Below, one piece after another: positions 20,524 to 31,740 of a stretch of DNA of 64,000 bases. The DNA lies in contig OZ218951.1 of assembly GCA_965112735.1 (NCBI GenBank), positions 434,001 through 498,000 of the forward strand, written 5' to 3'. The stretch is from Phaeosaccion multiseriatum. Taxonomy: Eukaryota; Protista; Ochrophyta, other classes. Numbering within the stretch: position 1 is the stretch's first letter; each line of letters begins with the position of its first letter. The translations under genes and the position numbers were made by a program. A model generated the notes under the pieces. That model was not told the origin of the DNA. It did no database searches and worked only from the letters and a program-made list of their open reading frames with translations.

Positions 20524-22071
20524 ATGGCGTTCCAAAACGTGCTCGATATGACGAAAGGATGTCTTCGTGAAAGCACGTCGAATCAAGCTAGCAGCACGAT
20601 TTTTACAGAAGACGAGCCGGTGGGAGTCCGCGAGGGTTACAGGGAGGCCCAGAGGGGTAAGAAACCTGAGGACTTCAGCGAGACCAAGGAGTCCAACGAG
20701 ACCAGCGAGACCAGCGAGTTCGAAGACACCAACGAGTCCAACGAGACCAAGGAGACCAAGGAGACCAAGGAGACCAAGGAGACCAAGGAGACCAAGGAGA
20801 CCAAGGAGTCCAACGAGACCAGCGAGTTCGAAGACACCAACGAGTTCGAAGACACCAACGAGACCAACGAGACCAGCGAGTTCGAAGACACCAACGAGAC
20901 CAAGGAGACGAACGAGACCAAGGAGTCCAACGAGTCCAACGAGACCAACGAGACCAAGGAGTCCAAGTCTTCTAATGACTCTCGAGGGTCTCCAGATTCA
21001 CGAGAGGCGCGAGAGGCAAGTGGAATCAGTTTGCAGGAAATGCTTCGCTCAATGAAGACTAGCCAGACGAGTGATAGTAGCCAAGCAAGCATAACAACAG
21101 GTAGAAAGGAATCTCCTGTCCGCCCAAGGACAAGGTCCGGGAAATTCTCGAAGGACCAAATGTTCTGCGAACCATTGAGAAGCAGTTTACTACGACAACA
21201 GGCCAATACACGTCATCTCGAGTCCTTCTGCACCGTTCGAGCTGGGTCTGAGGAGTATACATCGCCATCACCGTCTTCTCGGGCCGTGGTGAACCATGCT
21301 CTTCCTGTCCTTGATCGTAACCTGATGGAGGCTCCGGCTCCGATATGGAAATGGTCGGAAGGCATCGACTCAGCTTTCTGGCGTGCTTGCATCGGCGAAC
21401 TAGTTGCGACGATGCTTTTCCTCTTTATCTCCATCTCGAGTGTTGTGTCTGTGGTGCGCACGGAAGAGAGCTGCGACGCTTCTGCCTCCAGTCTATTGTC
21501 CATATCCCTCAGCTTTGGTTTCACCATCATGGTGTTGGTGTACGTATTTGCAAACGTTAGTGGAGCTAATATGAACCCTGCTGTATCTCTTGCTCTTGTT
21601 CTTTCGAGACGGATGAGTGCCCTGCGTGGTGTGGCGTACACGGTTGCACAGTGTGGAGGGGCAGTTGCGGGTACAGCTTTGGCGAGGGCTGTACACGAGG
21701 ATGCATTCGATTTTCTCGGGAATGGGGCCATCAATTCGATCTCAGATTCCGCCTCAACACTTTCCGCTTTTGTAGGTGAAATGCTGATGTCTTGCTTCTT
21801 ATGCGGCACTGTTCTAGTGGCAACGGACGCGTCTTTGGCGCAAAAAACCGAACATAACTTCTCGCTGCTACCTTTCTCGATCGGTATGGCGGTGTTTTTG
21901 GGGCATCAAGTGCTGATTCCCATCACAAACTGTAGCATCAACCCAGCTCGATCATTTGGTACCAGCGTTCTCGAGAATGAATGGGACGACCACTACATAT
22001 TTTGGGTGGCGCCAGTCACAGGGAGCGTATTGGCAGCCGGGCTTGTGGCCGCAACGAAGCGATACTTGTGA
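20524..22071 (+). CDS. Aquaporin (MIP family, PIP-like) with long N-terminal extension containing 9-bp (ETK/ETN/ESN) repeats
   Basis: [36 protein letters not shown]...H...[27 protein letters not shown] and [11 protein letters not shown]. Intronless; ATG at 20524. Confidence 0.93.
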   Translation: MAFQNVLDMTKGCLRESTSNQASSTIFTEDEPVGVREGYREAQRGKKPEDFSETKESNETSETSEFEDTNESNETKETKETKETKETKETKETKESNETSEFEDTNEFEDTNETNETSEFEDTNETKETNETKESNESNETNETKESKSSNDSRGSPDSREAREASGISLQEMLRSMKTSQTSDSSQASITTGRKESPVRPRTRSGKFSKDQMFCEPLRSSLLRQQANTRHLESFCTVRAGSEEYTSPSPSSRAVVNHALPVLDRNLMEAPAPIWKWSEGIDSAFWRACIGELVATMLFLFISISSVVSVVRTEESCDASASSLLSISLSFGFTIMVLVYVFANVSGANMNPAVSLALVLSRRMSALRGVAYTVAQCGGAVAGTALARAVHEDAFDFLGNGAINSISDSASTLSAFVGEMLMSCFLCGTVLVATDASLAQKTEHNFSLLPFSIGMAVFLGHQVLIPITNCSINPARSFGTSVLENEWDDHYIFWVAPVTGSVLAAGLVAATKRYL

Positions 22072-22242
22072 GCCCGTCAATCGAACGTATCGCCACTAGA
22101 CAGAGTTGCTGTTCTTCCATGATTTTGATCGGGGTTCTTTTTTTTTGCATGTGAAAGGAATCAGTGGCTCGACCCAATTCCAGTCCCTCCTTCACTTAAC
22201 GAAATAAAAACGGCTGTAAGTACAGACACAAGCAAAGAGACA

Positions 22243-23217
22243 ATGGAAGGGGAAGATGCCTTGTTCGCAAAGAGTATACTGCGGGACACTATTAAAATCC
22301 ATCCTTCTGAGATGAACAAACGGAGAGACGACATTGTGCTCACCATATTGCGAGACAAGTTTGAGGGGAAGTGTTCTCACTACGGATACGTGAAGAAACA
22401 TAGCATTCAATTGATGCGTGTATCCATTGGAGTGCTGGAGTTTCCAAGCTTCCACGCCTATACTACGTACGACGTGGAGTTCACTGCAGACGTGTGCAAC
22501 TTGCTGGAAAAGACTCGCGTCTCTTGCAAGGTCTCCAAAGTGAACAGCTTTGGCATTCTTTGCTGTTTGAGCACTTCGGAGACGGAGCAAGATGTGTTTG
22601 CACAAGTCCTCCTTCCCAAGAACACCATTTTCATTCAGCATGATATCAACCTTGACAATGCAGCTGTTGGAGACACGATCATGGTCCAGATTCTGTCGAA
22701 GCAGTTCTCCCAGAACGACACCTACATCAGCGCTATTGCCACAGCTATAGATCCCAATCGCACCGAAACAGGGGTAGGAGAGCCTAGTCAAACGGGAAAC
22801 AAAGACACGAAGGCGATGGAAGAAGACGATGATGGGGGGAACACGGGTGTTCGCGATACGAATAGAACCCGGAGGAGCGAATCAGGCGACATAGGGGTTG
22901 GAGATGAGCAAGATGCGGATGTGGCGAGCAACGAAGATGCAGGCGATGCAGACGATGCAGACGATGACGTGGACGAGGATGAGGATGAGGATGAGGAAGA
23001 GGACGAGAACGAAGATGAAGACGAGGACGAGGATGAAGACGAGGACGAGGAGCCACAAGGCGACGACGAAGCTTTCAGTGAGGTAGACGATGATGACGAT
23101 GATATTGTCAATGATGATGATGATGATGATGATGATGATGTGGAATCGGAGGGTATCGTGAGTGACATGGAGGTTGATGAGGATGATGATGGTAGTGCGC
23201 TCGAGACGAAGGTATGA
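22243..23217 (+). CDS. DNA-directed RNA polymerase subunit RPB7-like (viral) with long acidic tail
   Basis: IKIHPSEM...LRDKFEGKCSHYGYV...YDVEFTADVCN...VNSFGI followed by an S1/OB-like segment and poly-D/E. Confidence 0.85.
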   Translation: MEGEDALFAKSILRDTIKIHPSEMNKRRDDIVLTILRDKFEGKCSHYGYVKKHSIQLMRVSIGVLEFPSFHAYTTYDVEFTADVCNLLEKTRVSCKVSKVNSFGILCCLSTSETEQDVFAQVLLPKNTIFIQHDINLDNAAVGDTIMVQILSKQFSQNDTYISAIATAIDPNRTETGVGEPSQTGNKDTKAMEEDDDGGNTGVRDTNRTRRSESGDIGVGDEQDADVASNEDAGDADDADDDVDEDEDEDEEEDENEDEDEDEDEDEDEEPQGDDEAFSEVDDDDDDIVNDDDDDDDDDVESEGIVSDMEVDEDDDGSALETKV

Positions 23218-23238
23218 TTGGGCACAGGGGTTTGTTGG

Positions 23239-23284
23239 CACACACACACACACACCCACACACACACACACCCACACACACACA
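23239..23284. repeat. (CA)n microsatellite inside the viral segment
   Basis: Read directly. Confidence 0.9.
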
Positions 23285-23313
23285 TCAGTGGTTTTTTTTG
23301 GCAGTAGAAGTAA

Positions 23314-23952
23314 ATGGAGCATACCTTCTCGTTACTGGAGTCATACAATAAAGAGCCGAATGGTAAGAGAAAGAGTGAGATTCTGAAAGAGCTGAACGCT
23401 CTGAAGAAAGCCAACCTCGCCAAAGACAACCTTCTGTATGCCTTCAATCAGGAGAGCGTAAAGCTTCGGCTCGCGTACAGCTCGATTGGATCCAGTCCAG
23501 AGGTGTTTAGTTTGACACAGAATCAGCGATTGCTGAAGTACCTCTTCAGCATGGAGACACCGAACACCGCGCTCGTTCTCTTCCATGGCACAGGGTCGGG
23601 AAAAAGTTGCACCAGTCTCCAAATCGCCGAGAACTTCAAACACAAGTATAAGAAGAAAGCCCTCATTCTGGCACAGTCAGGAATCCAAGACCAGTTTCGC
23701 CGCGAAATCTCCAGTGTTGCCAAAATTGCGAACGAGGAGTCTTTCACGCAGCAGTGCCTATCAAATGCCTACGTCCCTAGAACCCAAAGAAAGAGCGATC
23801 CGCGATCAGTTCAGCGATCTGTCAATCGCCTCGTGAACAAGGACTTTGAGTTCCAGAGTCATGCAAAAATGTCGAACGAGGTGCGTGCTGCTCGAGAGAC
23901 GCTCAACCCGAAAGATTTCCGACGCTGGGTGGGAAAGAAGTATTCAAGATAG
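23314..23952 (+). pseudogene. D6/D11-like (VETF-S/NPH-I type) SF2 helicase, N-terminal fragment truncated at the virus/host junction
   Basis: Q motif (LTQNQRLL) and LVLFHGTGSGKSCTSLQIAE; ends at KKYS just before the expected DExH Walker B. Confidence 0.85.
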
Positions 23953-23958
23953 GATTGT

Positions 23959-26900
23959 GGGGGGGAGCGGCGGGAGTGTCGCTGTTGTTCTGCCGGGTTC
24001 GCTGATAGCGAAGCTGAGCAACCTATGCTCGAGCAGCTCCGTCACGCTGTTTGTGGGGCTCATGGGCGCGTTCCAAGTGCTGCTGGCTCGTGTGTGCGGA
24101 GCTGAGGATGTGGTGGTGGGCACTGCGCACTTCGGAAGAGACGTGGCGCAAGGCTTGGAGGGCGTGCTGGGATGCTTCGTCAACACCCTCGCGTTCCGTC
24201 TGGGCCTGGGAGGAAGCCCCAGCTTTCGGGAGGTGCTGCTTCGCGTACAGGTCGCGTATCTGGGTGCCATGAAGCATGCCCAGGCACCGTTCCACAAGGT
24301 GGTGGAGCGGGCCCAGCTGGGCACAAAGAGTGGTGGCAAGGCGCTGCAGGCCTTCTTTGTACTGCAGGAGGGAGATGCCAGCGCCGTGGAGGAGGAGGCT
24401 CTGCTGTCAGCTGGAGCACTCCACAAGATCATGACGGAGGAGGCTGGAGAGCAGCCGGCCAATAATTTTAGCAAGACTGACATCGAGCTAAGCCTTGTGC
24501 GCAGCACGGACAGTGCGTCGGACATGCACGGCAGCCTGTGCTACAATACGGCGGTGCTCGACCAGGCCACAGTGGAGACCCTGGCGCGGAGTTTCCTGGC
24601 GCTGCTGGAGAGTGCAGTGGGCAGGCCGGGCGAGAGCGTGTGGAAGCTGAGTCTCTTGGCACACGAGGACCGTGTGAAGGTGGTGGAGACGTTGAGCGGC
24701 GCTGCACTGGTGGCGGGGGATGCCAATGGAGACGAGGAGGGAGGTGCAGAGGAAGCATCGCCACCACCGCCCCTCCTGCACGCGGCTTTCGAAGGGATGG
24801 CCTCTCGCAGTCCGGAGCAGGAAGCCCTGCACGAGTATGAGACGGGTCGGGTGATGAGCTACGGGGAGCTGAATGGGCATGCGAATGCGGTGGCATGCAT
24901 GCTGCAGGGGAGGGGCGTGGGGCCGGAGTGCCTGGTGGGGGTGCTGATTGCTGGGGACTGCGTGGAGGCGGTTGTGGCAGTGCTGGGCGTGCTCAAGGCC
25001 GGGGCGGCGTACGTGCCCCTGGATCCCGAGCATCCCGACGATAGGCTGTCGATGATCGCACAAGACACCGGGCTGAGCGTCGTTCTGACGACGGCAAAGG
25101 CATCAGGCGAGTCTGAGGTGCTGGCAACCGCCGATGCCAGCTTAGCGCGGCGTGTCGGAGACGTGAGCTGTGTGGACGTGGTGGCTGTGATGCAAGTGGA
25201 GAGTACAGCGGAGCCTGTGTGCCACGCCGTGGGCGAGAACATGGCGTACGTGATTCACACGTCCGGTAGTACGGGCCGGCCAAAGGGCGTGATGATTGAG
25301 CACAGAAGCACGGCCAGCTTCATGGCGACTCTCTACGAAGAGGAACTGACCATAACGGCATCTTCGCGCGTGCTTCTGTGCAGCGCTTTGACATTTGATG
25401 TGTCTGTGGCGTCGCTGTTCGGGGCGTTGTCGTGTGGGGCGACACTGTGCTTGGCGGAGAAGGGCTCCATGCTGAACGACCTGCCGGGGCTGATACGGTC
25501 TTTGATGGTAACGGACATGTGCTGCACCCCGTCACTGCTGTCGCTGCTTCGGCCGGAAGACATCACCAATGGAGCTAAGGAGGCCACCTTACGGTCCATC
25601 GCATTGGCTGGGGAGCCGATCAAACAGGACGAAGTGGACATGTGGAGGAACCATGTGCGCCTTGTCAATAGCTACGGCCCAACAGAGGCGACGGTTTTCG
25701 CGACCGCACATGAGTACAGTCCGGGTGCCATGTCGAGTGGGTTTGTCATCGGCAAGCCTCGAGCCGGCGTGCAGGTGTATGTGGTGGACAAGCGTCTTCA
25801 GCTGGTGCCTCAGGGCGTGGAGGGCGAGCTGTGCATTGGGGGGAGGCAGCTGGCGCGTGGGTACTTGAATCGCCCAGAGCTCACGTCGAAGGCCTTCATC
25901 CCCGCGCCCTTCCTGGCGGACCAGCGCAGAGTGTATCGTACGGTAAGTCGAAAAGGTTGCCCATGGGTGTGCGGCTTTGTGTGTGTGCGTGTATTGTGTG
26001 TACATTTGGCTTGCTTTTGGCATGTCATGCAGTGACAAGCAGAGCGCAGGGGGGGGTGGAGGTAGGTTTATCTGCTGCCTATGGTGTAGTGTTCTGACGC
26101 GTCTCAAACTGAACACGTTCGGACAGGGTGACTTGGTGCGGCAGCTGGCAGACGGATCGCTGGTGTTTAGCGGTCGCCGAGACTCTCAAGTGAAGGTGCG
26201 CGGCTATCGCATTGAGTTGGGCGAGGTGGAGGCTGCGCTGCTCCATCAAGAGGGGGTGGTGAGCGCTGTGGCAGCGGTGGACAGAGAGCGCGAGATGATT
26301 GTGGCAGCTCTGACACCTTCTAGTGCCGAAGTTGAGATGGTGCTGCAAGGAGTGAGCAGGCTGCTACCGTCATACATGGTGCCGAGCACGGCTGTGGCCG
26401 TGGATGCTCTACCGATGACGAGGAGTGGGAAGAGAGACGTGAAAGAGGTGCTGAGGATGATCAAGGCGGAAGCGAAGGGAAACAAAACCGCTGTAAAGGC
26501 GTCCGACGGCGACGAGGCGTTAGGCGACACTGCCCGCCAAGTGCTGGGCATCCTGAGGCAGGCCACGGAGCAGCCTCACTTGCAGGCCAATGACGACTTG
26601 TTCGCAGAGGGAGGCACATCGTTGAGTGCAGCTCAGGCGGTTTCGCGTATTCGGGCAGAGGTTCCCGGCTTCGAGGTGAGTGACTTTGAGCACAAAGCTT
26701 TCGTCGTGTTGTGTCTCGCCCTTGTTGCTGACCCTGTTGTGTCTGTGTGACTTCTGCAGGCTCTGACAGTAATGCAGATCTTCCAGAACCGAACCGCTGT
26801 GGCACTTTCAGTGCTTGGTGCCGCGGAGGAGGGCGGAGGTCGAGGAGACAGCGGGCAAGAGTCGTCGGCAGCAAGCGAAGCCCGACTGAAGGACGAGGAG

Positions 26901-29402
26901 CGCGATTTTGAGTCAGTCGGTGAAGAAGGGGAAGCGATGAAGGCGCACAGGAGGCTCAGCACTGGCAAGCAAGTGGTGCTGCAGGTTCTGACTTGGCTGC
27001 TCGTTGTTGCTGTGCTCAGCTGCGGGTTTTCTCCCAGCTTCGTTGGCGTGTACTTGCTACGTAGAGCAGGGCGCGGCAATACGACGATTCTTTCTTGGCT
27101 ACCACTCCTCGTCGTCGTGTCAGTAAGCTGGTTCCTTGCCCTGATTGTAGTGGTGAAGTGGACTGTGCTTGGCCGTATGCGACCGGGGCGATGGTCCGTG
27201 AGGAGCTCGTACTACTGGCGGTGGTATGCTGTGCAGAATGTGCTGAAACTTGCCGCACTGCTGATTTCTGTCCTCCGTGGTACCTTCGCCTTGCGGGTGT
27301 GGAACCGCCTGCTGGGGGCACGAATCAGTGGAAGCGCGCGCTTAGAGAGCTGGCTGCTGCACGAGCATGACTTGATCGAGATTGGAGAAGGGGCAGTGAT
27401 CGAGTACGGAGCCGTCATTCGCCCGTCTGTCATTACTCGAAATGGCATGCTCCATGTCCATCGCGTGAGGATCGGGAAGGGAGCAAAGGTGTGCATACTG
27501 TCCAACGTGTGTCCGTCTCCATGGGAGGGGGGGCAGACGCAGGAGGGGGGGGAGGGCCTGAAGAAGGAGCCAAAGGACTTGGTCATCGACGAGGGGATGG
27601 AGCTCGGTCCGTACGCGTCGCTCGGCCATTCGCTACTCTCTGGCCCGCTGGCAGAGGTCGAGCGCGAGGAGGGGCTGCGGCGGACAGGAAAAGAGCTTTG
27701 TGCTTTGGCCCTGCTTTCAGTGACCCACTTGGGGTCGTACCTGCTGCCCCTCTGGATACTCGTGCTTGCCGGTGGGGGTGATGACGACGGCGCGGGGGAG
27801 AGTGTCCCCATCTTCGCTCGTGCATTGGCGTTCCCCGTGCTGCTGCTGATCGGAAGCATGCTGTACATGGTGGCAGTGCTATCGCTACAGCGTGTGTTCT
27901 TGCTGCTGGGCCCAAGCGCCACCACACGGCTGTCACTCGGAGTTCTTCAGGAGAGTCCTCTCTTCAAAGTTGGCTCCCTTCTTGTGGCACAATGTGGGCT
28001 CAACCGTGTTTTTGCTTCCGCCATGGGCGCCAGGCTGGAGCGGGGGTGCGCATTTCTTACCCTTCCTATCACTACGATATGGGACAAGCTCAGGATAGGG
28101 GAAAACTCCCAGCTCGCGGGCTCTGTGCACCTTTTCGCTGATAGGGGTGGTCGTGGAGACGAGGATACGCAAAGCATCACAATTGGGCGCTTCAGCATTG
28201 TTGCGAACGAAGCTCTTCTCCTAGGCGGAGCTTGCATTGGGGACGGAAGCACGGTGGCAGATCGCACCGTTGTGAGTAGAGACGACGGCGTACCGTGCAA
28301 CTCTTCTGTAGTGGGCGCCCCTCGGCCATTTGTATTGCCGAACCCAGTGAGTGCTGCCGCTGAGAAGGGTGGCGTCGATGCAGCAGCCAGTCTTCCTGTT
28401 CCGTCGAGGATGCACAATGCGCTCCGTGGGCTTGCGACTGTGATAGTGCTCCTCGGCGTATGGTGTCCGGGGGTGTTGATCAGCGCGTCGGTATCTGACC
28501 TGCTGTTGCGCAATGGCCATGTGCATGGGGCTGCCGCCTTCTGTCCCTTCGTCCTTCCGGAAGTGGTGGCGAAGGATACTCTGAGCGAGAGCCATACTGG
28601 AGTGTTCTTCCTTGTGTTGGGGAGCTTCGTCTTTCAAGTTCTTATGGCCTTGGCGGGCGCTTGCTCAGCCATTCTTTTCCATCGAGTTCTGGGCACATCC
28701 TTGCATGCCAAAGAGGGGCAGCCTCCCATAGCGCTCGATTCGCCTTCGTTGGATATATACCGCTTGGGCAGCATGGCCCCTGCCTTCATTGAGGCTCTCT
28801 GCATCAAGTACTTCGCGGGCGGGCCGGTGTACGCGGCGTGGCTGCGGCTGCTGGGGGCAAGTGTTGGCAAGGACACATCTTTATGGCTCAGGCCTTATGA
28901 TGCGCATCTTCTCGTCATTGGAGACGAAGCGGTGGTGTTGCAAGACTCCACAATCTTCGCGCACACCATCGAAGGCACGGGAGGGCTCATCTTCAAGACT
29001 GTGCAAGTCGGGGAGAACGCGTGGCTCGGAGCAAGGGCTCACTTGCAGCCTGGATGCCGCGTTGAAGCAGGAGCTAACGTTGGTGACCTGAGCATGGCTA
29101 TGAGAGGTGAAAGTGTCACCAACTCAAAGCGTGGAGACGTGGCGTGGGTGGGCATACCGCTGAGAAAGCACGTCTTGTCCTCCCGAGCGCTCGCTGCGCC
29201 GCGTCGTCACGGAACGGGGCTGGACAGCGGCGGAGCACCTGCAGAAGAAGAGCAAAATCTTCGCAGCAAGGGCAGAGGGGGGTCGAGGAGACATGTGGTT
29301 CGAGAGAGAAGCAGCCCGCTCCGAGGAGGAGCGTCTTTCCGGCGGAAGAGTGTGCATCGGCCGGAGGAGACCAAGAGTGCCGATAGATTCGATGTAGTTT
29401 GA
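23959..29402 (+). CDS. 5'-truncated NRPS: partial condensation domain, adenylation, PCP and Pls-like membrane/hexapeptide terminal region; introns 25943-26126 and 26676-26759
   Basis: C-domain second half ([15 protein letters not shown]). A motifs [46 protein letters not shown]; YRT|GDL is restored across a GT-AG intron; [28 protein letters not shown]. Then three TM plus LLGAxIG/hexapeptide blocks. Confidence 0.88.
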
Positions 29403-29478
29403 TCCCTCTAGTACGATACGGGCCATTGAAGAATAGTCTAGGGCGGTGATGTATACTTGGCTGACTGGTCCCGGACCC

Positions 29479-29658
29479 ATGATCGATGGGTGGATCCGCT
29501 TCTCCGCCATGGCGCGCATCTCCGTGCTTGTGAACGAGCTCCGTGAGCGCGTGGACCAATTGTTGTTCGACAAGATAGAGTGCCCGGGTCTTGACATCAC
29601 TGCAAGCCCGGTGGTACAGGTGCTGGTGACGCTGCTGCTCACGGCCGGGATGGCCTAG
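29479..29658 (+). pseudogene. Orphan C-terminal fragment of a DExH-box RNA helicase (DHX57/DHX29/DHX36-like)
   Basis: IDGWIRFSAMARISVLVNELRERVDQLLFDKIECPGLDI resembles the C-terminal extension of this helicase group. No room upstream for the rest of the gene. Confidence 0.65.
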
Positions 29659-30126
29659 GGGGAGGGGGGGGAGAGGGGAGGAGGAGCGGAGGGGAAGGAG
29701 AGGGAGGAGGAAGGGAGAGAGGGAGGCCCAAGAGTCGTGGCAGAGGAGTGGCCAGAGATGACAAGGGGGATGCGGCTTACACGATGCAGGCAGCGTGTGG
29801 AGCACGCAGCGAGAGCTAGCATCTTGAGGTTTTTCATTATGATTATTTTAACCACACACACACACACACACACACACACCTTATTTTTAATTTAATTTTT
29901 GATTTAAAAAAAAATGAATAAATAAAAAACTGGAAGTAGAGAGCCGCTCTTGAGCCGCGAAGAAGACTTGTGGCATTTGTCTTGCTTGCTACTCCTCGAG
30001 ACTCCCAGCTCACTGCCCCCCTCCAACATTGTGGCGCATGTGTATACGGCACCCCGGCCACGGCTTCCCTCTCTCTCTCCCCTCTCCTTCCCGCTCTTCG
30101 TCTGATTCTCGTTCGTCCCTCCTCCC

Positions 30127-30571
30127 CCTCCTCCTCCTCCTCCTCCTCCTCCTCCTCCTCCTCCTCCTCCTCCTCCTCCTCCTCCTCCTCCTCCTCCTCC
30201 TCCTCCTCCTCCTCCTCCTCCTCCTCCTCCTCCTCCTCCTCCTCCTCCTCCTCCTCCTCCTCCTCCTCCTCCTCCTCCTCCTCCTCCTCCTCCTCCTCCT
30301 CCTCCTCCTCCTCCTCCTCCTCCTCCTCCTCCTCCTCCTCCTCCTCCTCCTCCTCCTCCTCCTCCTCCTCCTCCTCCTCCTCCTCCTCCTCCTCCTCCTC
30401 CTCCTCCTCCTCCTCCTCCTCCTCCTCCTCCTCCTCCTCCTCCTCCTCCTCCTCCTCCTCCTCCTCCTCCTCCTCCTCCTCCTCCTCCTCCTCCTCCTCC
30501 TCCTCCTCCTCCTCCTCCTCCTCCTCCTCCTCCTCCTCCTCCTCCTCCTCCTCCTCCTCCTCCTCCTCCTC
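30127..30571. repeat. Perfect (CCT)n microsatellite, about 148 units
   Basis: Read directly. Confidence 0.98.
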
Positions 30572-30612
30572 ACACCCTCACCAAAGGGTGCCTCACCAAG
30601 CAAACATCACCT

Positions 30613-31250
30613 TCAAGCCTGGCTGGCTGCAGGAAGGGTCTTGGCTGGGGTGGTGACAAGCCCTCCCAATCCCAATCCACAGCTCCCTCCCTCAGGCTCG
30701 CAGCCAACACCTCTCTCTGGCAGGGGTCGAGAGAAGCCTCTTCCAAGCTTCAGACTGCGAAGAGAGGCGGGAAGGCTAAGGTCTTGATCGAAGCGGCTGC
30801 CGAACGCAGCCGTCAAGAGTGATGGTGGTGGGAGAACGATCGACTTGTTCCACGCCCGGCCAAGTTGTACGTCCTCCAGCTCATGTGGAAGCGACAAGTC
30901 CTGCTCAAAGGCGTCTCCTAGCTAAAGTGAGGTTTTTCAGTTAGGTCGAACGAGTCCCCGAAGGATCCCTTCTTGAGGAACTCAGGAAGCACGAGGACAA
31001 TGGCCTTGAAGGCTCTGCCGAAGGCCACCTCCTCGAGTAAGTCTGGCAAGATAGTCCCTGATTAAATTCATCTCCGAAGGAGACCTTCTTCAGCGAGGAA
31101 GGCAAGGGAGTGTGACGCGTTTTGATTGAAGCAGCTGTCGCGGGCCGGGCGAACCAACGTGAGCTCCTCCAATGAGTTCGGCAACATCAGCTTGGGTTGG
31201 TTGAACTCTCTCCTCGGAAGCTAAGTTTCCGCAACGACGAGGGAAGGAAG
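30613..31250 (-). pseudogene. Degenerate FNIP-repeat gene fragment
   Basis: LPxSLxxLxFGxxFNQ-type units (LPHELEDVQLGRAWNK, AFGSRFDQDLSLPASLRSLKLGRGFSRP, LPSSLKKVSFGDEFNQ) scattered across frames with stops. Confidence 0.65.
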
Positions 31251-31740
31251 ACACCTGCGTGCTGCGAAACAGATGATCAATTACAGTTGTACAGTGAAAT
31301 GAAAGGAAAAAAAAAATTCTAAATTCAAGTCGAGCTTACTGGCGACGTCGGGTCACCAACATGTTATAAGGCTCGATTTGATAATCTCGATTTCGGCAGA
31401 AAAGCATCACAACAACAAAAAACCGCACACAAGGGTGAGGTGGACTTCCGCGCTTCAGAAAGTGATCACTGTCAGTGGTCTTATCTAAGTCGTGCGTCAG
31501 TCTTTCAACGGCTTCCTTCGTCACTCTTTCCCTGCAAACTCTCTTCTCCCATTTTCCTCCCTCCCCCCTCACTCCCTCTTTCCCTTCTGGTGGCGCCTCC
31601 ACTCCCTCCCCCCGCCCCAATCTACCGCTTCTACATTGTTTTGGTCCTGCCACGCCTCCGGGGTCGAAAGGCAAACTCCTGACTCCTCCATACCTCCATA
31701 GGATCGATAGGCGGGAGATTTTTTTCTCTGGACCCCTCCG

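Larger units (their letters stand above)
1..23958. mobile_element. Giant endogenous viral element (Nucleocytoviricota, probably Imitervirales-like); extends beyond the left edge of the window
   Basis: Tightly packed intronless ORFs, including NCLDV hallmark genes (A32 ATPase, RPB7, RPB9, D6/D11 helicase). Contiguous with intron-rich eukaryotic genes, and contains an LTR retrotransposon and a (CA)n tract. Right boundary inferred from the helicase/NRPS break. Confidence 0.85.

Noticed and set aside
23846-23958. ORF-track start of the NRPS at 23846
   Set aside because: This stretch is an alternative frame of the viral helicase; NRPS-like sequence only begins at about 23,960.
29970-30787. Poly-Ser, poly-Leu and poly-Arg ORFs
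   Set aside because: Artefacts of the (CCT)n microsatellite.
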